Below are positions 1 through 12,323 of a stretch of 64,000 nt of DNA, in pieces. A program made the translations under genes and the position numbers. The DNA comes from Styela clava (taxonomy: Eukaryota), in NCBI RefSeq assembly GCF_964204865.1, contig NC_135260.1:10354001-10418000 (forward strand), read 5' to 3'. Position 1 is the first letter of the stretch. Each line of letters begins with the position of its first letter. Below the pieces are notes generated by a model. The model saw only the letters and a list, made by a program, of their open reading frames with translations, was not told the origin of the DNA and made no database searches.

Positions 1-1561
1 GAGATGGCTTTTTGACTTGCAATGATTTTTTGAACCCCATCCTCAATGGTTAGCCTATTTATCTTTCATTTACAATAAAAAAGTGTTCTGAAATGCCCAT
101 TTTTGATCAGTATGCAGTAGATGAAATAGTCCGAATACTCTTTTTTCGCACCCAGCAGCTCTGCATATTGAAAGGCTAACTTTGCCACTGCCATTTATAG
201 TTATTGTTGGCTCGGCTTCATTTCGTACCTTTTGTTCGTAACAAATACGTCGGGTATTATCCCAAAATGTTGTTTGAATAGACTGCGTGGACAAGCATTT
301 TATCCGACTTCACGGCCGTTTACAAAGCGATAACTTATACCACTAAAACGGTTATAAATAAGACAGTATTGAGTAGAAAGTCATGAATGGCTCTCGCATG
401 CCATACCAACCGCATCAACGGCCAATGCTTATATAAGTTATTTACTTATTGTAACGCCGGCGCGATATCGACAAGGATTAATTCATACGGTGAAACGCCC
501 GCTAACTTCCTGTTGTAGTGGGATCAATTCGTAACCTGAGACCGCGAGCAGGAAAGACTTAGAAAGTATAATATCTTGAATCTTGCAACCCACACGCATA
601 TTCTGCATTATTATTGTCTTATACACTATAGATTATTTCAGTTCGAACTCATATTTTTGATTAAATTTTGCCCGAGGGGGTTTAGTCGACTACTGCCGTT
701 GAATGTCATCAAGCTGGACTGCGAGTGAAAAGTTATGTTCGTAATTTGCAGTTTCTTGGCTTCCAATCATTAGATAATGAGTATACAGCTGGGGAGCTGT
801 TTCCATTTCATTAAGTTGGGAATGGTACTGGCAACCTAATAGGTGGCATGCATGAACGTCGCGGTTATTTGTTTTCAATCAGCGAAAGAAAGTCACTAAA
901 TAATAGACTTTGAGCTTGGCACCTATATCAGTGGCTTCAGTCTTTGGTATATATACCTTGTGGTACTAAGCAGTCGCTTACTTCGCGTTATGTGATATTC
1001 CCATCATGTTCATTTGGCTGTCATGGCAGCATTATATTTCAAGTTGATTTGTGTCGAGTTGCAGTAGGTATCCACGAGCGACAGTTATTCGTGAAGACAT
1101 GCTGATCAATCAGCAGCAGGTTGTAATGCATATGAATGGTTGTTAAGAGTTGCGATAGAAATTATTTCTAACCGCGACGCGTTTTGCTCGCACGCATTTT
1201 GGCGTACTAAACAATAATCCGTGCTGTTGTATTGACGATATTTCATTTCCGGGAATAGTGTCTATGTGGCACAAATATCGTTTGTTCTTACTAGTTTACC
1301 CATTTAAAATTTGATCACCAGGTCAGGAGAGGTAGTTCTGTATTAGCTTGAAGAAATGTAATATTTGAGGCTAGAAATAGCTAGAACCTGGCAGAGTGCG
1401 CCTATGAGAGAACGAATAGGATAAAATAAATAATGGAAAGGGAATGTATGTTCTACAGTTACCTACCTGTGTGCCTGAGCATTCTTTTCGAAAGCTGCAC
1501 TGTTACATAATATATTGTTTATTATACTTGCATTTCTTGACGCTTGTACGTTCTACTTCAG

Positions 1562-1678
1562 AGGATATCGTGATATTGTATAATCATTCAAGGATTTTGC
1601 CATTGGGCGAGTGATTTCCTCATAATTTCTGCATGCTGCCTGACTCAGGACCGATCAATCATTGCACGAATTATCGAT
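1562..1678 (+). other. Probable 5'-UTR exon of the ceramide synthase
   Basis: Acceptor ttctacttcag at 1551-1561 and donor GTAAGC at 1679. The first coding exon has its own acceptor (tttttacag ending 1809) upstream of the ATG, so an upstream exon or trans-spliced leader is implied. Confidence 0.5.
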
Positions 1679-1836
1679 GTAAGCATGGATAATCATTTTT
1701 GAAGTGTTGGAAGATACTTTTCCATATGATATGTAGAGTTTGAGCAGGACCAAATAGCAGAAAGTTTGCCGTGAACAAATCAAATATATTTATGTTGTTA
1801 TTTTTACAGCCTACTTTGGTAGACGTATTACAAAGA

Positions 1837-4800
1837 ATGAGTAGCTTTTCTGAATGGTTTTGGAACGATTCATTTTGGTTCCCTGATGGAGTCTCTTTTC
1901 GAGATTTTGAGGACTCGCCGGATATTACTTATGCTAAGCCACGTGACATGTTGTACGTTCCTGTCATTGGATTGGCGATATTTGGTTTCAGAATACTGTT
2001 TGAACGGTATGTTTAATATTTACATGATATTTTTTTACGGACGATACCTTTTACGTGGGCCATGTTTGATTAATTCATTTACTCGATGGGAATGTAATAG
2101 AATATATAGATAAAACAATATATTGCGTCAGATTATCTACTATAGCAATGCAATTTAGTTTGCAATATAAAAGAACATATATGACATACAATTGAATTTG
2201 GTTTAATCAAACAGAAATGTTTATTGAGCCTGAGGAAGGAAGGATCTTCCAAGTTTTAGTTAGCATCGTAGGCCCTAGAGAGATCCGATTTTTAACCACT
2301 GGTTATTTAACAAGCGTTCATATATATCAACATGCAAAATCAATAGAACACTCCTCGAAAGCAGCATAAATTTTTACAATTCAAATAAACGGCTACGATA
2401 CTGCCGCGTAATTTGAATTACACCCTCCACTATAAGTATAAATATAATAGCTGACGCTCGTTTTTTAAACAATAGTTAAACTCCTGGAGTGTGGGCCTCC
2501 TTATAAACACAATATTTATGACAATTCCCACTTCGTATTTTAATTAAAAGATTTATCGCTCTACCGATTGCCAAGTACCATCAAGTATCTGACGGCAAAG
2601 AACGAAAGCCACCGAAGCCAAATGTAAAGCTAGAAAAATTTTATAAAGAAATATCAAGACATCCGACCGAGGTATGGATACTAAACCACTTAAAATTTAT
2701 CATTTTGTTCAGTCATTATAATCAAATTAAATTATATTTCTTTCATTTTCATTCTGTTACAGACACAAGCAAGCAATATAATTATAACAGTTTCTTCTCG
2801 GTTACCCAAATTGAATATGGAATATTGCGCGTTTGTGATGGAATAATAAAGTACAGACTTCCAATCTGTTGTACCTAAAACAATTTGGAGAATTGTGATT
2901 TATTCTTAAATAAAAAATTTTTCGAAGTAATGGAGAATTATATTACAATTTGCCAACCATAAAATCATGTTGATATAACTTGTTTGATCATGCTTTTAGG
3001 AACAAGTTGACAGTATTTCGAAACGATTCGATATACCACGTTCGTCAGTTCGAAGTTGGTTCAGACGGAAAAGAAATTGGGGAAGACCTGATACCCAAAC
3101 CAAATTTTTAGAAACAAGGTAATTCGTTAAATGGTTAACAATATTGAGATATTAAACTGTATCTCAGGCGCAGGCCCGGTTTATGTGATAACGTATGTCA
3201 CGTGGCCATGTCCGGGATTATTTGTCATTATCCGATTCGGATACCAGAAAGGAAGTCTTGGGACATAAACGTCATAGTATAATCAAACAGCAGATGCGAA
3301 TCCTGGTATGTATATAGGAAAACAATGCGTGCATTGATGAATAATACTGCATCCTTGACTCCTAACTAACCCTAACGTTATGTTATAATGTTTTTATCAA
3401 TACCCGAAGGTACTTGAAATCTCAATGATATCTTTAAGTGATAGTATTTTTCATTTTGTCTACATGCGTTTGAATCCGCTCACTTTATTTCAAAACTTCT
3501 AAGAAAGGGCATTGTTTCATATTAATATATTCCCAGAAAGGTCATAGAATTGTTCTTTGCAATGTCATAATCGTTAAGCAGACATATATACAAACAATGA
3601 ATGAATGGTGTCATTTTTAGAAGACAATATAATTAATATTTGAAATCTTTTTTTTTGCAGCTGGCGATTTGTTTTTTACTCCGGAGTTTTTGCATATGGT
3701 TTTGGATTTCTCTGGAAGGTAATGATATGTTTTTTTTTTCGGGTTTGTATCAACAGTTAGTGCATCAATATCACTAGTCATTTTGATGTGATTGTATCGA
3801 TTTAATCCATTATGATTCATGACTTTACTGTAAATTAACTGCAGTATAAGATATTATGATACATTCACATAATTATTCTATAAAATTGCTTTCAGGCTCC
3901 ATGGTTATGGGACCACGCACAATGTTGGATCGGGTTTCCGCATCAGAACCTTGATAAAGCAACATATATCTATTACATCGCCGAAGCCAGTTTTTACACT
4001 TCTTTGTTACTGTCTATCATGAAAGATGTCAGAAGAAAGGTTCGTTGTTTATTGCACCTTATATTCAATGGTTGAAATTGGAGCCATCTGAAGTTATCGA
4101 AACTAGACTTTTGTTTTGTGAATTTTCGATGCTATACTATTACAGCAATATGAGATAATATACTACTGTACTTCATTAGGGAAATTTGCCGAAGTAAGGC
4201 AAATAAATATTGCGTAGCCGGTTCGTAAATTGTTCATTGGCAAATGCGACGTTTTATCATTAAAATATCTGGTAAACAAACTACAACGGGCATTCTCGTA
4301 AATGTTTAACAAATACACCACTTCCACTGTTTGATCGTTCTCAAGTTGTTCAGCAATATTGACATCAAAAGCAGTGCCAAGACAAAAGCACAAAGATCTG
4401 AGTCAACATACTAAAAATCAACTCAAATACTAAGTTCATTGATATGACGTATTCTTAAATCCTAGTTTTCCAGTAATTATTGCCAGTATCGTTGTTCATG
4501 ATATCGCCGTTCTGGGCACTGATAAACCAGATTAAAAAGTATGACATAAAAAAGTTATACCATCATAGTATTTCCAATTGGGATCTTTTATAAGCGTTAT
4601 GTTTATTAATTACTATGTCGTTAAATTTATAACAAAAAATTGTAAACTTATATAGATTTTCTGGCAACGGGAGCTGGAAACGACATCACATAATGGTACT
4701 TCCATCGCGCCGTTCGTTCATCACGAACTGCTCCTAAATTTGAAAGCTTGATTCTGACTACACATTCATTATACATTTACATACCAATTTACGTATAATA

Positions 4801-6502
4801 TATCATTTGTCTATAATCACTTTCAAGTAGGTTTAATTTTGATTAGAAATCTTCGGAAAACACATTGTTATCAGGATTATTTTGCATTGTTATTCAAAGC
4901 TTTCCACAAACACCCGTGGTAAAATTTCACATTTAAATCCAGCAAGCAACTTGCATTGCATATGATAAGAAACATATGATTTTAAAAGTGTATTCATGAC
5001 GGCCTCTGATTTAATATACGACGAAGTAATATACTTCTTCTGATTAGTATCGTTCAGTATTATATATATATATCCAAAATTTTGGTTTTAATATCGGGTT
5101 ACAAACACACAATAGTCGTAGAACAGTGTTTACCATAGATGCTAAACTTGGTGGGAATGCCTATTTTTGTAATAATATGTATTTATTTGTTCTTTGACAG
5201 GACTTCTTCGAACAGCTGATTCATCATATTGCAACGCTATTCCTCATTATTTTCTCTTATTTTGCAAACTTTGTTCGAGTCGGTACGCTAGTGATGGCTA
5301 TTCATGATATATCAGATATTTTTCTGGAAGGAGCAAAATGTGTTTCATACCTCAAATACGCAAAAACATCGGAGATTCTTTTTATTATATTTGCAATTAC
5401 GTTCATCGTTACAAGAATCATTATTTTTCCGTTTTGGTGAGTTGATCGATTTGATAAAAAAAAACAGTAACAAATATTTGGTGTATTCGTTTAATTTGCA
5501 AGTTAAGTTGAATGTTACGATGTGCTACATTAAAACGTCACAGAAAACAGCCAGGAAATTATAGCCCTCCATAAGATTTTTGTTTCTCGTTCAACTGAAT
5601 AGTTAATATAAATTTTTTTTCGCCATTATGAGTTTACAATGTATATCCGGAATGTAATCTATTGCTGAATTGCAAACATTCCGCTGCTTCAGAAAAACAT
5701 TCCATGCCTTTGCATAATTTTGTTTGCGAATCTTTAAATTCCTTATACTACTTAATAACGAGAAATCAAAATACATTGAATACAATATATATTGCATATT
5801 TTGTATATATTTTATTGTACCATTGCTTGTTTTCTGGTTGACGGAACGATAAATCTCTCTTTCTCTCAATGATTGAACTTATTTGAAGCAAGTTTTGAGC
5901 ATATTCTGTCTTCATATTTGGACTTTTGTTTGACCTAATTGAACTTTTTGGAACATTTTTGCAGGATTATTCACACAAGTGCAATAAAAAGCTTTGCCAT
6001 CATTGGTCCGTTTGCATCTTGCTATTTCTTCAACGCACTATTAGGCGTTTTACAGTGTCTACATTTATACTGGGCATCTATTATATTGAGAATGGCTTGG
6101 AAAATGCTGTTTCCTGTATCAGGCGAGGTATGTTTTCTTCAAATATAAATTATTTAAAATATTGTGTGTTACTCAATATAGTAGTGTGTTACGACGTGAA
6201 ATCTAGGAATGTTTATCATTGCATAAATATCAATGTTTGGTAATAATACCGACTTCGTACTGTCACAAAATTTTTTTAATGTAATGAGATTCAATTTGAC
6301 GTTGGTTTGGGACGATATAGCCCGATTGGTTTCTGATATTCATTGCTTCAACCGAGAGAAGTATAATAGCAAATGGAATGTTTATTTCGTAAAAATCCTT
6401 TCCAACAACAAAAAATTTATCATATTTCAGGCTCTAAAAGACGATCGCAGTGATACCGAAGAATTGTCCGCAGATGACGAAGATCAGAAAAAAGATATAT
6501 AG
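1837..6502 (+). CDS. CERS: Ceramide synthase (Hox-like domain + TLC/Lag1p), CERS5/6-like, 360 aa
   Basis: Exons 1837-2006, 2551-2671, 3000-3118, 3661-3718, 3896-4039, 5201-5436, 5965-6127, 6431-6502, all GT-AG and phase-consistent (1083 nt). Motifs: N-terminal FWNDSFWFPDGVSF, Hox-like VRSWFRRKRN, Lag1p RKDFFEQLIHH...HDISD, C-terminal DDRSDTE and KKDI* (dilysine-type ER signal). Confidence 0.96.
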
Positions 6503-7583
6503 AAACATTTATCAATAATTATATAAAAAAATTATCCGGTACTACAAATACTGGTAAACGGATTTAGAGAGGAATCATGAGGTTATGAATATCCCAACGC
6601 TTTTTTGTGTTTATAATTTATATTTTTATCAAAAAATGTTACTTGGAGGACGTTAATTTGAAGATGCAATTATGATTTACTGAATGAATTTTTAGATTTA
6701 TAATATTTCTATAAATTAAATTATTTGTTTTTACGTAGCCGATTTGAACAAACCACACGACGACACGACGAAATCTATCGTTACGTTAACGTCTTTCAAA
6801 GAAAGAACTTTGCTATGTTTTTTTTTTATAGTGTTTCCATTGTATTTATGCATTTATTGGTGGGAATTGTCATTTTGTAAGATTTATATTGTATATTTTC
6901 CATGGAATCGCTCGAGATAATTCCTTGTACAATCATCCAATTAGAGATTGTTACTTCCCAATTTAACGCTGTATATCTAAATTTTTATACTCTGGGTGAT
7001 GTGGTGGGTTTGTGATTAGCCCGTGAGGATAGGGCTTTTGAAGATTTTACGTATGTAATATGTAGGGGTATAATAATGGTTTCACCATATTCTTTTGCAC
7101 CATTGACGTACTCAAAATCTTGAAGGTATGTAAAATAATTTCCCCCATTGGTATTGGATCTATTCAAAAGTAGATAAATGACGTTTAAGACTATTTGGTA
7201 GGTCTATTTCTTTTATGACAAAATTTTTAAACGTTATTTCCCAAAAGAAATTTTTCGTTTCTTATTTTCAAAAACTGCTTACTCGTAAATATTTACATTG
7301 CATACTCTACTTTTGTATTTCGTTGTGCTTCTTTCACATCAATGGTTTGGTCATGAACCTGTTCATTATTTATTTATTTTTGAATGGATTACATGGAATA
7401 CAAGATTTTTCCTGACGAGTCTTTTAGTGAAATTTGCCATATATTTCAATAATGAACGTCCTTAACGATACCTCCGTTTTTAGTAACGTGAATTACTTCT
7501 AACGAGTTTCTGTCTTGCCTTTTCGCGAAGGTACCATCCAACTAAACACAAGTTCAAGATGCAAAATTCAGAATTGTTTAAAA

Positions 7584-7872
7584 CAGGGGTGGGCAAATCA
7601 AGGCCTGCGGGCCGGATCCGGCCCATCGAAGTGTTTTATTCGGCCCACTCATGTCTGCTGGCATTATGACTAAATTTTCAATAATAGCGTCATAATGAGC
7701 ACAATTGTCAAAATTGTGCTCTTTACGTTGATATTATAAAACGTTAGCCAAGCTGTTGGACTAGATCTTGTAGAAAACCTGTTTTTTATTCATAGTTTTT
7801 CATCTTGAGCCTTCGTACCAGTAACCAATTATCTGTAACCGGCCCACTCGGAAAACTAAACACCCATCTCTG
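7584..7872. mobile_element. hAT (Charlie/SPIN-like) MITE
   Basis: Starts CAGGGGTGGGCAAA, has GGCCCG-type subterminal repeats, ends ...CCCATCTCTG. Exact 8-bp TSD GTTTAAAA at 7576-7583 and 7873-7880. Confidence 0.88.
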
Positions 7873-8028
7873 GTTTAAAACTGAAAAAATGTCACAGATT
7901 GAAAAGGAATACTTTAGATTCGCGCTTAACTATAGGTCAATTTAACTGTGAGTGTGAATTCATTGGCGTTCTTACCCAACTGGCTTACTACGTTAAATAA
8001 CGTTCGAATTATAATCAATGGTAACCCG

Positions 8029-8691
8029 TTAAGCAACCAATATAGAAACGTCGAAGGTGTCCCTAGTCAATTTTACCCCAGCGATGTGTGAAATGCAAAT
8101 CGGAAACGGATAGTAATAAATTTTGTGAGCATCTGTACTTCCAGTACGCTGGTAGGCTACACTGTAGCCTACAGCATCAATATCATACGGAGGAGGTCGT
8201 TCGGTAACTTTGGCGGGGAAATTGTCGCATCTGAAACCAAGGAGCAATACTCAAATATATGAACACAAAGGTCAAATGTCAAAACAATATTCCGATAAAT
8301 TAAAATTGAACCCCAAAATTTAGGATGTAATATCACGACAAGCAGGCTTCCGAAAAAAGGCTTTCCGCAACTTTCTTCATTATTGAGTACTAAATAAATC
8401 AAGTCCAACAATTTAACAAAACATTCCACCTGTACACCTCGTGTTAATTGTGGTCTGCAGCAAGTCTCTATTTGATTGAAACAATCGCTCTTGTTGTCGC
8501 GCTTTCTTTATCTTCTTCACAAAAATCAAAAGTTTAGGTCAAACAATGTCCATCACAACTACAACCATAACAAGTAGAACAACAATACCAGCGGGAATTT
8601 TTATAACAATCCATATATACACCACCCAGTATATATTTTACATAAACGAGCGTCTCAGGATTTACCAGACCGTCTCCGTATATTTGAACAT
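8029..8691 (-). pseudogene. Possible decayed single-pass membrane protein with a PPxY motif
   Basis: One minus-strand frame from ATG 8691 reads MFKYTETVW*ILRRSFM*NIYWVVYIWIVIKIPAGIVVLLVMVVVVMDIV*PKLLIFVKKIKKARQQERLFQSNRDLLQTTINTR. A phase-2 GT-AG intron (8437-8231) would join it to CDNFPAKVTERPPPYDIDAV...*. Three in-frame stops; no homolog recognised. Confidence 0.3.
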
Positions 8692-8835
8692 TTCTACGGT
8701 AATATATAAATATATTTGTGTGTATATTTCGTTTATATATATATATTTAATTTAAGCTTTCAATTTTTTTGGTTATTTTTTTCGTATTGTGTTAGACCGT
8801 ATTAGTATTCATTTACGGTTATACCCCATCTAGGG

Positions 8836-10298
8836 CAGCACCATCTCAACCGGTGGTCCGCGACCCGCCAACGACTCCTGGTGGGCCGCGAACTCGTTGC
8901 CGAAGTATTCGAATTTTTCTATATATTTTGTGTTAGAATTGAAATTATTTTGACTTTTAATAGGATACCAAATCTTTATGATGAGGATCCCAGCCGATTT
9001 CATAAATTCAGGCGCTCGAACGTAACTATCGGATGCGTCGGCGGTCATTCATGTCATTTATTATATGATTGTGGTATTTGAGAATAGTAAGGTTTTTATT
9101 TTTCTGTAAGTATGAGAATACGAATAAAAAATTAAACATAATCTGGTAGCTTAGCATATATACATTTTATTTCCCCAAATTGAAATGGTATTTTATGTAA
9201 GCTTTTATTTTTTTCTCCAGCCGGCGCAGCCATGAGTTACTTTGAACAAAATTAAATTAATATACGGGTTTAAAAGCTGGTATCGGTCATGGATTTGAAT
9301 ATTTTATGCAACACAAAATCATCCTTATGAAAGTCGATACTTTTACCTATCATGGACCTTTGACCCCCCAAAAATTATTCCTATGTATACATCATACTGC
9401 TTAAGTGCTTTTGCGAGTTGGCGCCTGTAAAATAGGGTATTTGTTTCAAACCTTCATTATGATTCAGCACATACAACAATCGGTTTTTTAAAAGTACCGG
9501 TAAGGAATTTCAGCCTAGTTTATCACAGCTACTTTTACACTGATTTTATTATTACTGCAATTAATATTAAAATTCCTAGGAAGACCGAGTGATCATTGAA
9601 TTATCTGATTTTTATTTAAGTTTCCGGAACACTACAGAAAATTAACGAATAAAGTTCAAAAACGCGAAAACGAGGTAATGTTTACCACCACGCTTTAAAA
9701 TCTGCCTGAATGAGAAAAGTGTCTAAGCGGATGCGAAAAGGGAACATTGTTACGTCACATTTTGCATCTTGCTGATTGGCCAATGTCACGAAGTAAACAA
9801 GGAGGTTGATGTTCGGGGAAAGGTCCATTATCAACATTATATGCCAAAAAGCAGGAAAACGTATATATAAACTATTTTTGAGTATTGTAACAATTACGGC
9901 TTTACATAATTTTCACTTTTTCGGCGTACTGGAAATCAATGCGTAAACAGGAAGCCGGGAATGGCCGCAAGGTCCACCACGCAACCACGCAAAATTGTGG
10001 CAACCATATACGCGAACGCTCACACAGAAGGTAACAAACAATTAAAGTGGCGATTCTGTTTTATCATAGTTATTACAGTACGTGAAAAACGCAGAAAATC
10101 GTTTGAAGATTTCTCTCGAACACGAAACACCTAGCTGACGACGAAAAGTGACTATTATTCGGAGTTATTTAAAAATTTGCTGAAACTATATTCGAATACT
10201 TCAAACTTACTTTGATATACGAATATATTAAAATATTCGATTCGTTTTAAACAACCCTACCTCTATGACGCTTGCGGAACACAGCTTGAGAAACGCTT
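8836..10298. mobile_element. Non-autonomous hAT element (about 1.46 kb)
   Basis: Degenerate TIRs (CAGCACCATCTCAACC ... GCTTGAGAAACGCTT) flanked by an exact 8-bp TSD ATCTAGGG at 8828-8835 and 10299-10306. Confidence 0.75.
9354..9826. mobile_element. MITE with GGACCTTT termini (ISL2EU/Harbinger-like), nested in the hAT element; duplicate copy at 11313-11785
   Basis: AT|GGACCTTT ... GGGGAAAGGTCC|AT. The body is visibly homologous to 16961-17459. Confidence 0.7.
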
Positions 10299-10325
10299 AT
10301 CTAGGGTGTCGCTGTTCGGTAACCA

Positions 10326-10364
<39 letters not shown>

Positions 10365-10598
10365 CGCGTCAACCCTCACCCTGAAGTGCTATTCTTCTAC
10401 ACGGCATTTGTATGTTACGCTTTTGGTGGAGAAATAAATTACTGAATATCTAATTAAATCAATAGCGGCTAGTGACATTGTCAGGCCAGTCGGTTTCCAT
10501 GGATTTATAAGTTTCCCCTTTTTTATATGAGATATATGATGGCCATCTGGTGGCGTAGTCGCATTGAATACTGATCGGGGAGATCCCCTGTTTGTTTA

Positions 10599-10612
10599 GT
10601 TACCATGGTGAC
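10599..10612 (+). promoter_or_regulatory. RFX X-box with adjacent forkhead-like site (copy 1)
   Basis: GTTACCATGGTGAC is one mismatch from the palindromic X-box GTTRCCATGGYAAC and is directly preceded by TGTTTGTTTA (forkhead-type). A second half-match GTTTCCATGG is at 10493. Confidence 0.55.
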
Positions 10613-12284
10613 GTTTTATAAACTTGTTTCAGTGCAGTTCGCCTAACGCACTGTACCAAACAAATATTAACAGTTGTATTCAACAATATCTCCAGTCAGA
10701 CAAATAAATTATTTCAGAAAATTGTTCGGTATCATAAAGTTACAAGTCGAATTTGCTGCTGTTTAAAATAGTGGGAGCCCAAATTGCATAGATAAAAAGT
10801 TTGAAATTCTTATGGAAAATAATGCAGGCTTGCAGTATTTTGTAGCAAAATGTCAATATTCCCACTTATAAAAGATATGCATCATCAAATCAAATACAGT
10901 ATTAATTTTTACCTGGATTCAAGGAATTTCGAGAAAAAAGTTATTTCATCCATGACATGGATGTACATTGTATTCGAATTTAGCCGATAAATCCCTAGCC
11001 ACTGGCAAAATCCCAATCGAATTTATATCACATTACTTTAACACAGCAATGCATAAATATTTGTATAAGTATGAGAATACGAATAAAAAATTAAACATAA
11101 TCTGGTAGCTTAGCATATATACATTTTATTTCCCCAAATTGAAATGGTATTTTATGTAAGCTTTTATTTTTTTCTCCAGCCGGCGCAGCCATGAGTTACT
11201 TTGAACAAAATTAAATTAATATACGGGTTTAAAAGCTGGTATCGGTCATGGATTTGAATATTTTATGCAACACAAAATCATCCTTATGAAAGTCGATACT
11301 TTTACCTATCATGGACCTTTGACCCCCCAAAAATTATTCCTATGTATACATCATACTGCTTAAGTGCTTTTGCGAGTTGGCGCCTGTAAAATAGGGTATT
11401 TGTTTCAAACCTTCATTATGATTCAGCACATACAACAATCGGTTTTTTAAAAGTACCGGTAAGGAATTTCAGCCTAGTTTATCACAGCTACTTTTACACT
11501 GATTTTATTATTACTGCAATTAATATTAAAATTCCTAGGAAGACCGAGTGATCATTGAATTATCTGATTTTTATTTAAGTTTCCGGAACACTACAGAAAA
11601 TTAACGAATAAAGTTCAAAAACGCGAAAACGAGGTAATGTTTACCACCACGCTTTAAAATCTGCCTGAATGAGAAAAGTGTCTAAGCGGATGCGAAAAGG
11701 GAACATTGTTACGTCACATTTTGCATCTTGCTGATTGGCCAATGTCACGAAGTAAACAAGGAGGTTGATGTTCGGGGAAAGGTCCATTATCAACATTATA
11801 TGCCAAAAAGCAGGAAAACGTATATATAAACTATTTTTGAGTATTGTAACAATTACGGCTTTACATAATTTTCACTTTTTCGGCGTACTGGAAATCAATG
11901 CGTAAACAGGAAGCCGGGAATGGCCGCAAGGTCCACCACGCAACCACGCAAAATTGTGGCAACCATATACGCGAACGCTCACACAGAAGGTAACAAACAA
12001 TTAAAGTGGCGATTCTGTTTTATCATAGTTATTACAGTACGTGAAAAACGCAGAAAATCGTTTGAAGATTTCTCTCGAACACGAAACACCTAGCTGACGA
12101 CGAAAAGTGACTATTATTCGGAGTTATTTAAAAATTTGCTGAAACTATATTCGAATACTTCAAACTTACTTTGATATACGAATATATTAAAATATTCGAT
12201 TCGTTTTAAACAACCCTACCTCTATGACGCTTGCGGAACACAGCTTGAGAAACGCTTATCTAGGGTGTCGCTGTTCGGTAACCA

Positions 12285-12323
<39 letters not shown>

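Noticed and set aside
1-430. Possible exon(s) of a neighbouring gene at the window start (ORF 70-294 minus; MRLVWHARAIHDFLLNTVLFITVLV from about 416 minus; a short open frame at 1-48 plus)
   Set aside because: Several incompatible readings, no recognisable domain and no consistent splice chain inside the window.
7412-7436. CTGACGAGTCTTTTAGTGAAA hammerhead-like string
   Set aside because: Stem II does not pair properly and I could not form stems I or III.
8537-8545. In-frame TGA in the TM/PPxY frame read as selenocysteine or readthrough
   Set aside because: Two TAA stops lie upstream in the same frame and no SECIS-like hairpin was seen; decay is the simpler explanation.
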